IMG/VR virus record: IMGVR_UViG_3300032668_000013
Span: 8,021 to 72,020 of that record
Origin: a virus
Reading direction: 5' to 3' (one strand)
DNA: 64,000 nucleotides
The notes beneath the pieces are model-generated. The model did no database searches and was not told the DNA's origin. It saw only the letters and a program-made list of their open reading frames with translations. A program made the translations under genes and the position numbers. Below, piece by piece: positions 9,222 to 19,025 of the stretch; positions within the stretch are counted from its first letter, which is position 1; the number at the start of each line of letters is the position of its first letter.

Positions 9222-11531
9222 ATGGCAGAAAACATCACTTCCCCAATTTCAGTACCTAGTAGTGGAGGTATGGATATACCACCTGCTTCAGCACAAACAT
9301 TAAATCCTCAAGTACCTCAAGATCTAAATCCTAAAATTAATCCAGTTATAGCTGAAGCAGATAAACCAAATACAGGCGTTCCTGTATTACAAGAAAAATT
9401 TAAAAGAACTGGTTTATTTTATGGGGATACAAATAGCCCAATTTTTGTAGTTAATAGATGGCAAAATTATTTTGATGATGGAAATTCTTCTAATATAGGT
9501 GGGTTATATGATGCAGATTTTAGTAATTCTGATAATAGTGGTTTCATGGCTCCTGAAGGTTTTTATCAAACTAATTTAATGTCAACTGAAACAGGTTTTG
9601 AACAAGAAAGAGGTTGGATTAATGAGCCATTTCAAAATTATGCTTTTAAAGGATCAAATGGTAATTTAAGATTATACCCTGGACATGAAGGTTCTTTACA
9701 AAATCCTTACTCTTATACTAATGCTACAGATTTAGATGTAAATATAAGCAATAACTATTTAGAATTTCCGGATGAACATTTAATAAATAAATTAGCTCCT
9801 CAATATACTTTTACTAGAGGCTTCTCAATAGACAATGATAATAAGGATAGAAGATTAACGAATATAAATTTTGCTCAATATCAAACAACTATTAATAATC
9901 AAGATCCTGTTGTGTTTGGTTATCAATTATCAATAATCTCAGAAACCTCACCTCTTTTTAATGGTGCTATACCTGATTTTTTATATAAATATTCAACAAT
10001 GACAGATTTAAAAACAAGGTTAGTAACATACTATCAATTTTTTTATAGTTTCTTTTCTTTATTTGAATTAGAATTGGTTAGAGATGAATTAAGAGATTCA
10101 AGAGTAGATTATAATAGTAATTTTCCTGATATGGATAATTGGTATAGTAAGGTTACTAATGACGGAATCTATACACCAGAAGATTTATTTGATTTTACCA
10201 ATAGTAGACAAGGAAATAATTTTAATAAAACTCCATATTATTTAAAAAAAATATCTGGTTTAAATAATTTAATAGAAAAGAATGGGTTTGATGGTAAAGA
10301 TAATTTTATTGATTATGGAACAGATATTATTACTTTAACTCTAAATGAAGATACTAATTTATCATCAGGAGCTTTAATAATGTTATATAAAACTTTAAGT
10401 TGGTCTAAAAGAGGTGGTAAAAAAATGATACCTGATAATTTATTAAGATTTGATTTAGAGATAACAGTTAGCGAAACTAGACATTATAACAGAGTTGTAG
10501 GAGGTGAAGTTATGGCAGATATTCCTAATAAATATACTTATTTTTTATATGAGTGTCAATTTGTTTTTGATAAAATGTCACATGGAGATTCTATTGATAT
10601 GTCCGCAATTAAATCATTAGATGAAGGAGTAGATATTTCTTTTACATATAAGTATTCCAATGTTAAAATGAGTACATATAATGCTACAAATATCGAATTA
10701 GGAGATAGTAATATCCCTAATTCTTTACAATTTACTGAAAAATCAATTGACAATGGTAAATTAAATATTTATGGTGGAGTATTTCCAATCGGAGCTTCTG
10801 GAAATCCTTCAATGATTTCTAGTGTATCAACTCCTCATACTTATGGAAAAAGAAATATATCAGGTAAAATAGGTGATTTTGGTAATACTCTTGATGGTGT
10901 TTCTCAACCTTTAAATAATCCAAAAGGTAAATTACCATCAGAAATGGATATTGCTAATTTTGATTTAAATAGATTTCGTTCAACTGTATCTGCAACTATA
11001 ATTCAGCCTAATATAACAGATAAAATGAAAGATGATATTAAACAATTATATGAAAGTTCAAGAATAAATATGATTAGTAATTTTAATTCTACAATAAAAG
11101 CAGGAGATTCAAAAGATAGTAACCAAAAAGTAAATTCAAATGTATATAGTTCAGTTTATAATGAAACTGATGTTTATAATATAAATCCATTTGGACAATA
11201 TGTAGCGAATAGTACAATAGATAACGTTATTGTAAAAGGAACATATGGTCAAGATGTTAGGGTTTTAGCAAACACTAATACCGGAAATTCTATATATGCT
11301 GAAAATGTATTTTTATTACCTGATGTAGTTCCTATTATAGATTTTGGATTTAGTTCTCCTTTTTTAAGTGGATCTGCTTTTATTAATTTAGGAGATGATA
11401 ATGTTTATTATGATAAATTCGGACTTAGTTTAAATGGTGGATTTTCTATTGGGGGATTATCACTAGGGGGTAATTTATCATTAAATCCTGGTGGATTATC
11501 ATTAGGTGGTAATTTAGGACTTAATCTATAA
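9222..11531 (+). CDS. Putative tail/baseplate structural protein
   Basis: 769-aa ORF between hub-like and gp5-like genes; C-terminal GGLSLGGNL repeats. Confidence 0.45.
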   Translation: MAENITSPISVPSSGGMDIPPASAQTLNPQVPQDLNPKINPVIAEADKPNTGVPVLQEKFKRTGLFYGDTNSPIFVVNRWQNYFDDGNSSNIGGLYDADFSNSDNSGFMAPEGFYQTNLMSTETGFEQERGWINEPFQNYAFKGSNGNLRLYPGHEGSLQNPYSYTNATDLDVNISNNYLEFPDEHLINKLAPQYTFTRGFSIDNDNKDRRLTNINFAQYQTTINNQDPVVFGYQLSIISETSPLFNGAIPDFLYKYSTMTDLKTRLVTYYQFFYSFFSLFELELVRDELRDSRVDYNSNFPDMDNWYSKVTNDGIYTPEDLFDFTNSRQGNNFNKTPYYLKKISGLNNLIEKNGFDGKDNFIDYGTDIITLTLNEDTNLSSGALIMLYKTLSWSKRGGKKMIPDNLLRFDLEITVSETRHYNRVVGGEVMADIPNKYTYFLYECQFVFDKMSHGDSIDMSAIKSLDEGVDISFTYKYSNVKMSTYNATNIELGDSNIPNSLQFTEKSIDNGKLNIYGGVFPIGASGNPSMISSVSTPHTYGKRNISGKIGDFGNTLDGVSQPLNNPKGKLPSEMDIANFDLNRFRSTVSATIIQPNITDKMKDDIKQLYESSRINMISNFNSTIKAGDSKDSNQKVNSNVYSSVYNETDVYNINPFGQYVANSTIDNVIVKGTYGQDVRVLANTNTGNSIYAENVFLLPDVVPIIDFGFSSPFLSGSAFINLGDDNVYYDKFGLSLNGGFSIGGLSLGGNLSLNPGGLSLGGNLGLNL

Positions 11532-11570
11532 TTATTATATAAGGAAAAAGTTTTATATAATATATAATTT

Positions 11571-12992
11571 ATGATAAGAGAAGAATTAAAAGATAAAATA
11601 TTTGTCGGTGTTGTTGAAGAAAATAATGATCCCGATAGAATTGGTAGAGTTAAAGCTAGAGTAATAAAAGTTTATGATGGTGTAACTAAAGAAAATATAC
11701 CTTGGGCAAGTCCTTTCAAAGATCTTAATGGTAATGAATATAATGTACCTGATATAGGTAAAATTGTTTCGGTTGTGTTTCAAGATGGAGATGATAAATT
11801 ACCTGAGTATATTTATGCAGAACATTATAATATAAATTTAGAAAATAAATTAAAAGCCCTTAGTGCAGAAGATTACACTAGTTTTAAATCTATATTCTTA
11901 GATCATTCTACGCAAATTTATAGAAACAACAGTGAAGGTTTAAAAATAGACCATGAATATACTAATATTAATTTAGATCAATATGGAAATATTGCTCTAA
12001 ATCTAAGAGACCCTTCTTCAATTATAACATTAGGTTCTAATGATGCCGATGAGAATGCCCTTTTAGCTACAACTTGGATGAATTGGTTTGATACTTTTGT
12101 TGAAAATCTTCTAGGTTCTAATGGAGGTCCTTACTTAGGAAATCTAGGAGCACCTGTCACACCAAATCCAAGTTTTATAGATTGTTTACAGCAATATCAA
12201 GATTTAAGAGAAAATTTCTTATCTAAACATGTAAAAATATCTAAAAACTCTAATATAGCTTCCCAAAAAAGACCTTATGTAAAACAATTTGGAGATAATT
12301 ATACTACAAACGTAGGGGAAGTATTAACAACTACACAAGCAGCTCCATATACCCCAACTTCTGATTATACATCAACCACAGGTTCTGAAAATCCTGCAAA
12401 TTTAATTACTAAAGATAATTTAGGTTCAGAATCTCCTTCTATAGTTTCATCTAAAAAAGTAGATATAGATCCTAAAACAGTATCTATTTTATGGAATTGT
12501 AATTTATTTAATCAAGGGGATCCTACCTGGGCTAATTATGGAGATGGTACATATACTATAAGGCAAGCAGGTTGTGCTTTATCTACATTTGCGATGTATG
12601 CCTCTGCTTTCGGTAAAAATGCAAGTCCATTAGATTTTTTCAATGCTAATGGTAGAAAAATAATTGTATCTTGGAATCAAATTCAAAGTAAATATGGTTT
12701 CCCATTACCAACACCTAATTATAATTGTAACCAAAATAAATTAGATTTTTTATTAGGAAATGCCCCTATACTTTGGGAAAGTAAAAATCATGGGGGGAAT
12801 CCACAATATGTACATGGGCATCAGCATTGGATGTTAATAGTTGGAAAAAATTTAGATGGTACATATATAGTACATGATCCAAATGGGGGAAAACAAAGAC
12901 TAAATGTTCCCGCTAATGATATACTAAATCAATGCGGAAGATTAAGTGGTTTAAATTCTAGATCTAATGCTTTATTTATTAAACATACATAA
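11571..12992 (+). CDS. Baseplate spike (gp5/VgrG OB-fold) fused to C39-like cysteine peptidase
   Basis: GVVEENNDPDRIGRVKARV...IPWASP...VPDIG; C-terminal QAGCALS...HWMLIVG...VHDP. Confidence 0.75.
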   Translation: MIREELKDKIFVGVVEENNDPDRIGRVKARVIKVYDGVTKENIPWASPFKDLNGNEYNVPDIGKIVSVVFQDGDDKLPEYIYAEHYNINLENKLKALSAEDYTSFKSIFLDHSTQIYRNNSEGLKIDHEYTNINLDQYGNIALNLRDPSSIITLGSNDADENALLATTWMNWFDTFVENLLGSNGGPYLGNLGAPVTPNPSFIDCLQQYQDLRENFLSKHVKISKNSNIASQKRPYVKQFGDNYTTNVGEVLTTTQAAPYTPTSDYTSTTGSENPANLITKDNLGSESPSIVSSKKVDIDPKTVSILWNCNLFNQGDPTWANYGDGTYTIRQAGCALSTFAMYASAFGKNASPLDFFNANGRKIIVSWNQIQSKYGFPLPTPNYNCNQNKLDFLLGNAPILWESKNHGGNPQYVHGHQHWMLIVGKNLDGTYIVHDPNGGKQRLNVPANDILNQCGRLSGLNSRSNALFIKHT

Positions 12993-13016
12993 AAAATCCC
13001 CTAAAGGGGATTTTTT
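12991..13016. terminator. Bidirectional intrinsic terminator
   Basis: AAAAAATCCCC-TAAA-GGGGATTTTTT between convergent genes. Confidence 0.85.
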
Positions 13017-14742
13017 ATAAGTTAATTTTAACTATCTTATAAGGATATTTACGCTTTTTATAAAAACCTTCTCGCTCTAAAAAATGCTTATATAATATAT
13101 TACTCATAGAGGAATCAAATATATCAACTAAATCAAATATATTAGCTACGGATTTTTCAGAATGTTTTCTTAAAGCCCTACCTATTGCTTGTATAACTAT
13201 TTGTTCAGATTTAAAAGAATCAGCAAATATAACATTGGTTATTGCATTAACAGACCATCCTACAGCTAATGTTCCATAACTACCCACAAGAACTTTTACA
13301 TTATCTTTTGTAACTTCCATTTGTTTTTTAATTTCTTCCCTACTCTTATTATTTATTTCTCCATCAATATAATAAAAATCTTTACCACTAATAGTTTTTA
13401 TTTTATCTAAAATCTTATGACCATATTCTATAGTATGGAATAAGATTAACGTATTTGCTTCACACTTTTCTACTATTTTATAAATAAAATTCAATCTCTT
13501 TTCTGAATTTTGTATCCATTGCTTTTCAAAATTAAAAACATCTTTACCAATACCTGATCTTTTTGCTATATTTAACGAAGTATTAAAATTTTTATCATCA
13601 TGATTTAATAAAAGTACTTTAATACTCATCGGAGTTATATTACCTCTTTTAACTAATGTATCCGCATCAATCTGTGTTACTTTTGGACCTAATACTGATT
13701 GAATAGTTAATATTTCCAATGTATCATCAGATGGGAATGTACCGGATACCCCAAATCTAATATGAGCAGCTCCAAATGTTTTTTTCAAAATTGCTTTAAC
13801 GGTAGTTGATTTTGAACCATGAGCTTCATCACAAGCTACCATATAAAATTGTTGAAAGAAAGATTTAGGCCATTTTTCTAATGATTGATAACAACCAATA
13901 TAAATATTAGGACTTTCTACTCCTGAAAATTTTCTAGGTTTATCACTCATTATTTCTTCTATTCTTAAAGGTTTATCTAATTTATTTTTGATAATTCTTT
14001 TAATAGAAACTCCATCTATTTTATGTTTATCTGTTAATTTGATTACATCAATTTCTCCTTTTTTATCAATAGTAATTTTATCATTAGGATTTTTCATAAT
14101 AACATCACCATTTTCTAATTCTATTTCATAAGTATAATCAAATGAATTTTGTATATTATTTTGTCCATAATAATATGAAATAATATCATCATAAAATTGT
14201 GTTACTAATGTTATAGAAGGAACTATAATCAAAAATTTAGCATCAGGATTTACATTTTTAAGTATATAAAATATAACTAAAGCAATAACTAAAGATTTAC
14301 CACCCGATGTAGCTACTTCCGCCATGCAATATCTATTTTTAAGAATCTTAAAAGCGGTATCTACTTGATAATCATGGGGTCTAAAATCTATCCATTGACC
14401 TTCTTTATTTCTTACTTGATGATTTTGAAAAAAATCATCACAAAAATCGACTAAATCATCTATATTTATATCTCTATCTAAAGGAAATTCTTCTTTATTT
14501 TCTATTTCAAATTTAACTCCTATTTCTTTACAAGCCTTTAAACATTCTTTCCATAGTCCCATATTAACCTTACCATCATCAAAATATGATTCTTTTCCAT
14601 TCCATACTCCGGCTTTAAAAGCACCCATAAATCTATATCCTTTCACATATCTTTCTAGCCAAATTTTTATTTGATGATATTCGGTTCTTGTTGAATCACT
14701 TACTATCAATTTTTCAGTGTTTTTATCATATCTAAACTTCAT
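13015..14742 (-). CDS. uvsW: UvsW-like SF2 DNA helicase
   Basis: ATSGGKS, IIVP, DEAH, GVSGT and QAIGRALR motifs. Confidence 0.85.
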   Translation of the reverse strand: MKFRYDKNTEKLIVSDSTRTEYHQIKIWLERYVKGYRFMGAFKAGVWNGKESYFDDGKVNMGLWKECLKACKEIGVKFEIENKEEFPLDRDINIDDLVDFCDDFFQNHQVRNKEGQWIDFRPHDYQVDTAFKILKNRYCMAEVATSGGKSLVIALVIFYILKNVNPDAKFLIIVPSITLVTQFYDDIISYYYGQNNIQNSFDYTYEIELENGDVIMKNPNDKITIDKKGEIDVIKLTDKHKIDGVSIKRIIKNKLDKPLRIEEIMSDKPRKFSGVESPNIYIGCYQSLEKWPKSFFQQFYMVACDEAHGSKSTTVKAILKKTFGAAHIRFGVSGTFPSDDTLEILTIQSVLGPKVTQIDADTLVKRGNITPMSIKVLLLNHDDKNFNTSLNIAKRSGIGKDVFNFEKQWIQNSEKRLNFIYKIVEKCEANTLILFHTIEYGHKILDKIKTISGKDFYYIDGEINNKSREEIKKQMEVTKDNVKVLVGSYGTLAVGWSVNAITNVIFADSFKSEQIVIQAIGRALRKHSEKSVANIFDLVDIFDSSMSNILYKHFLEREGFYKKRKYPYKIVKINL

Positions 14743-14808
14743 TAAAGTATTTATTTTTCCATTATATATTATTATAATTAAATGTTTAGAATTTAATATA
14801 TATAAAAT

Positions 14809-15693
14809 ATGAACTTATTTAATATAAACATAAAACCTGTTGAATACATTTTATACCAAAAAATCAATGAAGATGCCGAATATATACCTCGTTTTCAATT
14901 GAAAAACAATAATGGTATAGAAGGGATTGAAGTTAATAAACCTATTAAACCAACTCAAGAATTAATAGAAAAAGCCATAAAGTATGGTATGATATTCTTA
15001 GTAACTTATAAAGGAAAAAATGACTTTGCTCCAAAAGGACATGAACGTGTTATTTATCCAATGGTTATAGGAAAATCAAGTGTAGGTAATATATTAATAA
15101 GAGGCTATCACTTAAAAGGTTGGTCTATATCTAACAATAGACATGTTGAAAAAATATGGAGAATGTTTAGATTAGACAGAGTTCTTTCAATTACATTCAC
15201 AGGTTCGTTTTATAGACTTCCTCCAAGTGGATATAATATGAATGATAGAGGAATGAAGGGTGGTATAATTGCTAAAGCAGATTTTAATGAAATCAGAAGA
15301 AATCAACAAAGTTTGGTTAAATCAGAAGAAATACAAAATAAAGAAAAGATTGTATTAGATGATCAAAAAAATGCTTTTGTATCAGTAAAAGTTAAATCAA
15401 CAGGAACTAAATTAAATATGGATGAACCATTAGAATGTCCTTATTTAAATAATGTTAAGGATATAGCAAATGTTAGAATATCTTTCTTAAAAAGTGTTTA
15501 TGGTAATACTTATTTTGTTATATTAGGAGCTATGGGAAGACCTGGAAATACCGCAAAACTAATTGATGAAAAAGGTAAAAACTTAGGTGTTTTTAAAGTT
15601 TTAACATCAATCTCAGGGGATGATCTAAGAAAAATAAAAGGGGTTAAAGGTAATAAAATGTTTGATGTTTATATTTTTGATAAGAAGATATAA
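14809..15693 (+). CDS. WYL-like domain protein
   Basis: RVIYPMVIG...IRGYH...WRMFRLDRV. Confidence 0.55.
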   Translation: MNLFNINIKPVEYILYQKINEDAEYIPRFQLKNNNGIEGIEVNKPIKPTQELIEKAIKYGMIFLVTYKGKNDFAPKGHERVIYPMVIGKSSVGNILIRGYHLKGWSISNNRHVEKIWRMFRLDRVLSITFTGSFYRLPPSGYNMNDRGMKGGIIAKADFNEIRRNQQSLVKSEEIQNKEKIVLDDQKNAFVSVKVKSTGTKLNMDEPLECPYLNNVKDIANVRISFLKSVYGNTYFVILGAMGRPGNTAKLIDEKGKNLGVFKVLTSISGDDLRKIKGVKGNKMFDVYIFDKKI

Positions 15694-15753
15694 ATTGATA
15701 AGTAAAAAATTTGAATTCATGCAAGATCATGATATATATAATATACTATAATT

Positions 15754-16317
15754 ATGAGATATTTAAGACTTTTTGAAGACTTTCAATCAAATAAATTTTT
15801 TAATGTATAATCTAACTTAGATTATAAAGAATATTTAGACGCAGTTACTTTATGTGCAGAAGAATTACACAAATCTTTACCACAAGTCCCATATAACTAT
15901 ATTTATAAAGACATTAGAGATAAAGGAAATCCTAAATTATCATTAATAGCTTTAGATGATACCAATTATCCATTAGGTTCTGCTATATGTTATGAAAGTG
16001 AAATAACAAAAGATATTGAAAAATTTAAACAAAATGATCCTAGTTTTAGAACCGAATATTACCAAGATATAAATCAATTTGATAATTTAAAAGGAATTGA
16101 ATTAGAAGCTATATCTGTTAAACCAGAATTTAGAAATAATAAAATAGCATCTAAATTATTAGATGCTATTAATAATAGTTATGATTATATATTTTTAAAA
16201 CAAGATAGAAATTTAAAAGAAAATATAGATTATACTAAAAAAGGTTATGACCTTATATACACAATGTTTTTGCGTAATGAAAAAAGTTTATGTGATGTAT
16301 ATGCAAAAAAATTATAA
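15754..16317 (+). pseudogene. GNAT acetyltransferase with in-frame TAA at codon 19 (missed by ORF track)
   Basis: MRYLRLFEDFQSNKFFNV*SNLDY...ELEAISVKPEFRNNKIASKLL...YTKKGY; stop at 15808-15810. Confidence 0.7.
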
Positions 16318-17148
16318 TTCATCTATAATAATACCATGAGTATCATACCACCATTCTTTAGGCATATCTTTATGCTTATCTTTTAAGCGATTATATCTTT
16401 CTACTATTTTAGTTTGTCTTTTAATTTCAGCATCATAAAACTCATGGTCTATATGAATGTTTAATTTGAAAGCTTCCCTAAGAAGCTTTCGTAATACATA
16501 TCCACCTTTTGTATTTGATGGAATAAATCCACTATCAATAATTTTTAATATAGATTCTCTTAAAGTAGTTTCTTTATCAATTATTTTATTATTTACGAAT
16601 ATCTCAATCCTCTCTAAACCGAAACCTGCGTCTATTGATGTTCCTAAAGGATTAACTATATTCCCTATTTCTACATCATTAATAAAAAACTCAGTACAAT
16701 AACCGCCTATTTCACCATCTGACCAAATACAATCTTCACTAATTCTAGTTTGTAGATTCCATTTAGAATAAAAATTTTTCCATTCATCATATTTATCTTC
16801 ATGAATTGTGATATAATCAATTTTTAAGTTTAAATGATTTATCAAAAAATCACACCAAAAATCAATAGCTTCTTGAATAGACATTTGACGAAAACTAAAT
16901 AACCCAATCATATTAAAATATAATAAATGGGAACTATCTCCAATTTCTTCAAAATCATTCATTCTAATACAACTTTGTATATTAGATTCGGTTCCTGTAT
17001 AATCTAAATCTTTAAATTTATCTTTAAATTTTTGCATTCCAGCAGGACAAAAAATAGTGGTATCATCATATGAATTAACTTTATCAATCAATTCAAAATT
17101 AATTCCTTTTGATAGGCAATATTCTTTATATTTTTCTTTTACATTCAT
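16312..17148 (-). CDS. alaS: Minimal alanyl-tRNA synthetase-like protein (no editing or C-Ala domains)
   Basis: AGMQKFK, QSCIR.ND, HLLYFNMIGLFSF, EIGNIV, IDAGFGLER, SN..GYVLRKLLR, YDTHG. Confidence 0.85.
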   Translation of the reverse strand: MNVKEKYKEYCLSKGINFELIDKVNSYDDTTIFCPAGMQKFKDKFKDLDYTGTESNIQSCIRMNDFEEIGDSSHLLYFNMIGLFSFRQMSIQEAIDFWCDFLINHLNLKIDYITIHEDKYDEWKNFYSKWNLQTRISEDCIWSDGEIGGYCTEFFINDVEIGNIVNPLGTSIDAGFGLERIEIFVNNKIIDKETTLRESILKIIDSGFIPSNTKGGYVLRKLLREAFKLNIHIDHEFYDAEIKRQTKIVERYNRLKDKHKDMPKEWWYDTHGIIIDEL

Positions 17149-17163
17149 ATTTTTATATTTTTA

Positions 17164-17194
17164 CAAATATAAATAAAAAAATTGTAATAACAAA
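17164..17194 (-). promoter_or_regulatory. Bacteroidota-type housekeeping promoter TTTG-N19-TATATTTG
   Basis: Matches the -33 TTTG / -7 TAnnTTTG consensus with a 19-nt spacer upstream of the alaS-like gene. Confidence 0.7.
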
Positions 17195-17218
17195 ATTTAA
17201 ATATAAATATATAATGTT

Positions 17219-17704
17219 ATGAATTTATATACTCAAGAAGAATTAGATAGAATTAAAAAATGCTCTGAGAAGAACCAAGCAATGGAAGACTTCTTTCAAA
17301 CAAGAATGAATGAATGGAACGGAAAAATTAATCCTTTATTTGACGTTCTTAAAGAAAAATTAACAAGTCCTGATTGCATTATGGAAAATCAAGCACTAGC
17401 TCTTTCATATAAACAAATAATTATGGAACAAATATCTCTTTTCTTATCTAAGAGGTCAAAAGAAGATACTCACCTTAAAAGATTAAAACAAGATAAGTTT
17501 GTATTATATGCTGTTGCTTCTCCATTAAAGACTAATACAGGTGAAAAAATAATGTTAATTGAAGGTCATATAGCAGAAAATCAAAGAACATTAGAACTAA
17601 TTGAGAATCATATAGAGTTTCTTAGGTCTTGTTCAAAGAATTTAGATTCTTTTAGTTATGCAATCAAAAATATTATTGATTTAATGAATTATTTAGGTCG
17701 TTAA
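17219..17704 (+). CDS. UvsY-like recombination mediator
   Basis: Helical 161-aa protein ending IEFL...SYAIKNIIDL, resembling the UvsY C-terminus; near uvsW. Confidence 0.55.
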   Translation: MNLYTQEELDRIKKCSEKNQAMEDFFQTRMNEWNGKINPLFDVLKEKLTSPDCIMENQALALSYKQIIMEQISLFLSKRSKEDTHLKRLKQDKFVLYAVASPLKTNTGEKIMLIEGHIAENQRTLELIENHIEFLRSCSKNLDSFSYAIKNIIDLMNYLGR

Positions 17705-18657
17705 TTCGTAATCTTTTTTAGTATTTTTTCCATAGGATCTTCCCATTCAAACTTATACTTAGGTTTATTATGAATAAAACTATCTAATTCTGATAAATCA
17801 TATTTAACCATAACTCCTAACTCTTTCAGAGATTCTGCATTACATAATTGTTCATATTGTCCTAATATAGGAATACACATTAATTTCTTTTTCATAAACA
17901 TTGCTTCTGAAGGAGTTTCAAATCCCGCAGAAGTTATGATTCCTCTACAATTTATAAAAGATTTTGTAAAATCTTTTATTGAATTTGGTTTGATAATACA
18001 ATTTTTGTATATCTTAGTTGTATTAATTTCTTTTGAAAAAATCTCAAAAACTGCATTATGTTTAGATAAAATAGGCAATAACATATTTAATGAATAAGAT
18101 GGTAAATAAACTGTATATACACCACCTTTTACTGGTTTAGAATACATAATCTCATCCCTTATGATAGGATATAAGATATTATTATCATATTTTTTAAAAT
18201 GAAGTCCTATTTCATTACTTACTGGAGCCATATTTTTAAGAATAAACTCACCAAAATAACTTTTATTTTTTGGACGTGGAGATTTATCAGATGTAAATGA
18301 ATATTGATGAGATATTCCTAAACAATCTATATTTTGTTTTTTACAAGCCCATGCTGTAATTGGTTCAAAATCAGTAATAATTTTATCATATTTAGATATG
18401 TCTAATTTTATATCTTTTAAGAATTGAAAAGGTTTTAAATCTTTAAATGTTTTTATATAATCAATAGAGCCATATTGATTATATTTAAGTGAAAATCCAT
18501 GAAATTTATATTTGAAAGGTATGTTTAATGAGTGATTATTACCTGAGATAAGAATATCTATATCTTTATAACCTAATTTGTTTAGGTTTGAGATAATATT
18601 TAATGATTTAGTGATGTGTCCATTTCCTGTTCCATTTATACCATATAGAATTTTCAT
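17701..18657 (-). CDS. GT-B glycosyltransferase (MJ1255-like)
   Basis: MKILYGINGTGNGH, ITDFEP, ITSAGFETPSEA, GQYEQLCNA. Confidence 0.85.
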   Translation of the reverse strand: MKILYGINGTGNGHITKSLNIISNLNKLGYKDIDILISGNNHSLNIPFKYKFHGFSLKYNQYGSIDYIKTFKDLKPFQFLKDIKLDISKYDKIITDFEPITAWACKKQNIDCLGISHQYSFTSDKSPRPKNKSYFGEFILKNMAPVSNEIGLHFKKYDNNILYPIIRDEIMYSKPVKGGVYTVYLPSYSLNMLLPILSKHNAVFEIFSKEINTTKIYKNCIIKPNSIKDFTKSFINCRGIITSAGFETPSEAMFMKKKLMCIPILGQYEQLCNAESLKELGVMVKYDLSELDSFIHNKPKYKFEWEDPMEKILKKITN

Positions 18658-18671
18658 GATGTTTATTATTT

Positions 18672-18911
18672 TTAAGTATTTAAAATATTATCTAATAAAT
18701 TGTTTCTAAGTTCTGAAAGTCTAATAAAATGATTAAATAATACATTTGATGAAATCATCATAGAGTTTAAATAATTTTTTTTATTAGAGTAAATATAAAA
18801 TAATTCTGTATATAATGGATGTTGTATAACTTCAATAATATCATTTACTTCTAAAAGTTTAGAAATTATACTTGAATAAGGAGTATTTTTGTAGTAAACC
18901 CATTTCTCCAT
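18672..18911 (-). CDS. Small hypothetical protein with C-terminal R..L..IL tag
   Basis: Ends LSELRNNLLDNILNT; TTAATATATA at 18932-18941. Confidence 0.55.
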   Translation of the reverse strand: MEKWVYYKNTPYSSIISKLLEVNDIIEVIQHPLYTELFYIYSNKKNYLNSMMISSNVLFNHFIRLSELRNNLLDNILNT

Positions 18912-19025
18912 AAATTATTTACTATTTTATTTATATATTAAATAAAATAAATTATTAAAATGTTAAATATTATTATAATACAGGAGATAGATATATTTTA
19001 TATATAATAAAAAGTATTATAAGTT

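Noticed and set aside
1833-15810. Stop-codon reassignment to explain the two in-frame TAA codons
   Set aside because: TAA is the usual terminator of clearly complete genes here and ORFs are full length under the standard code
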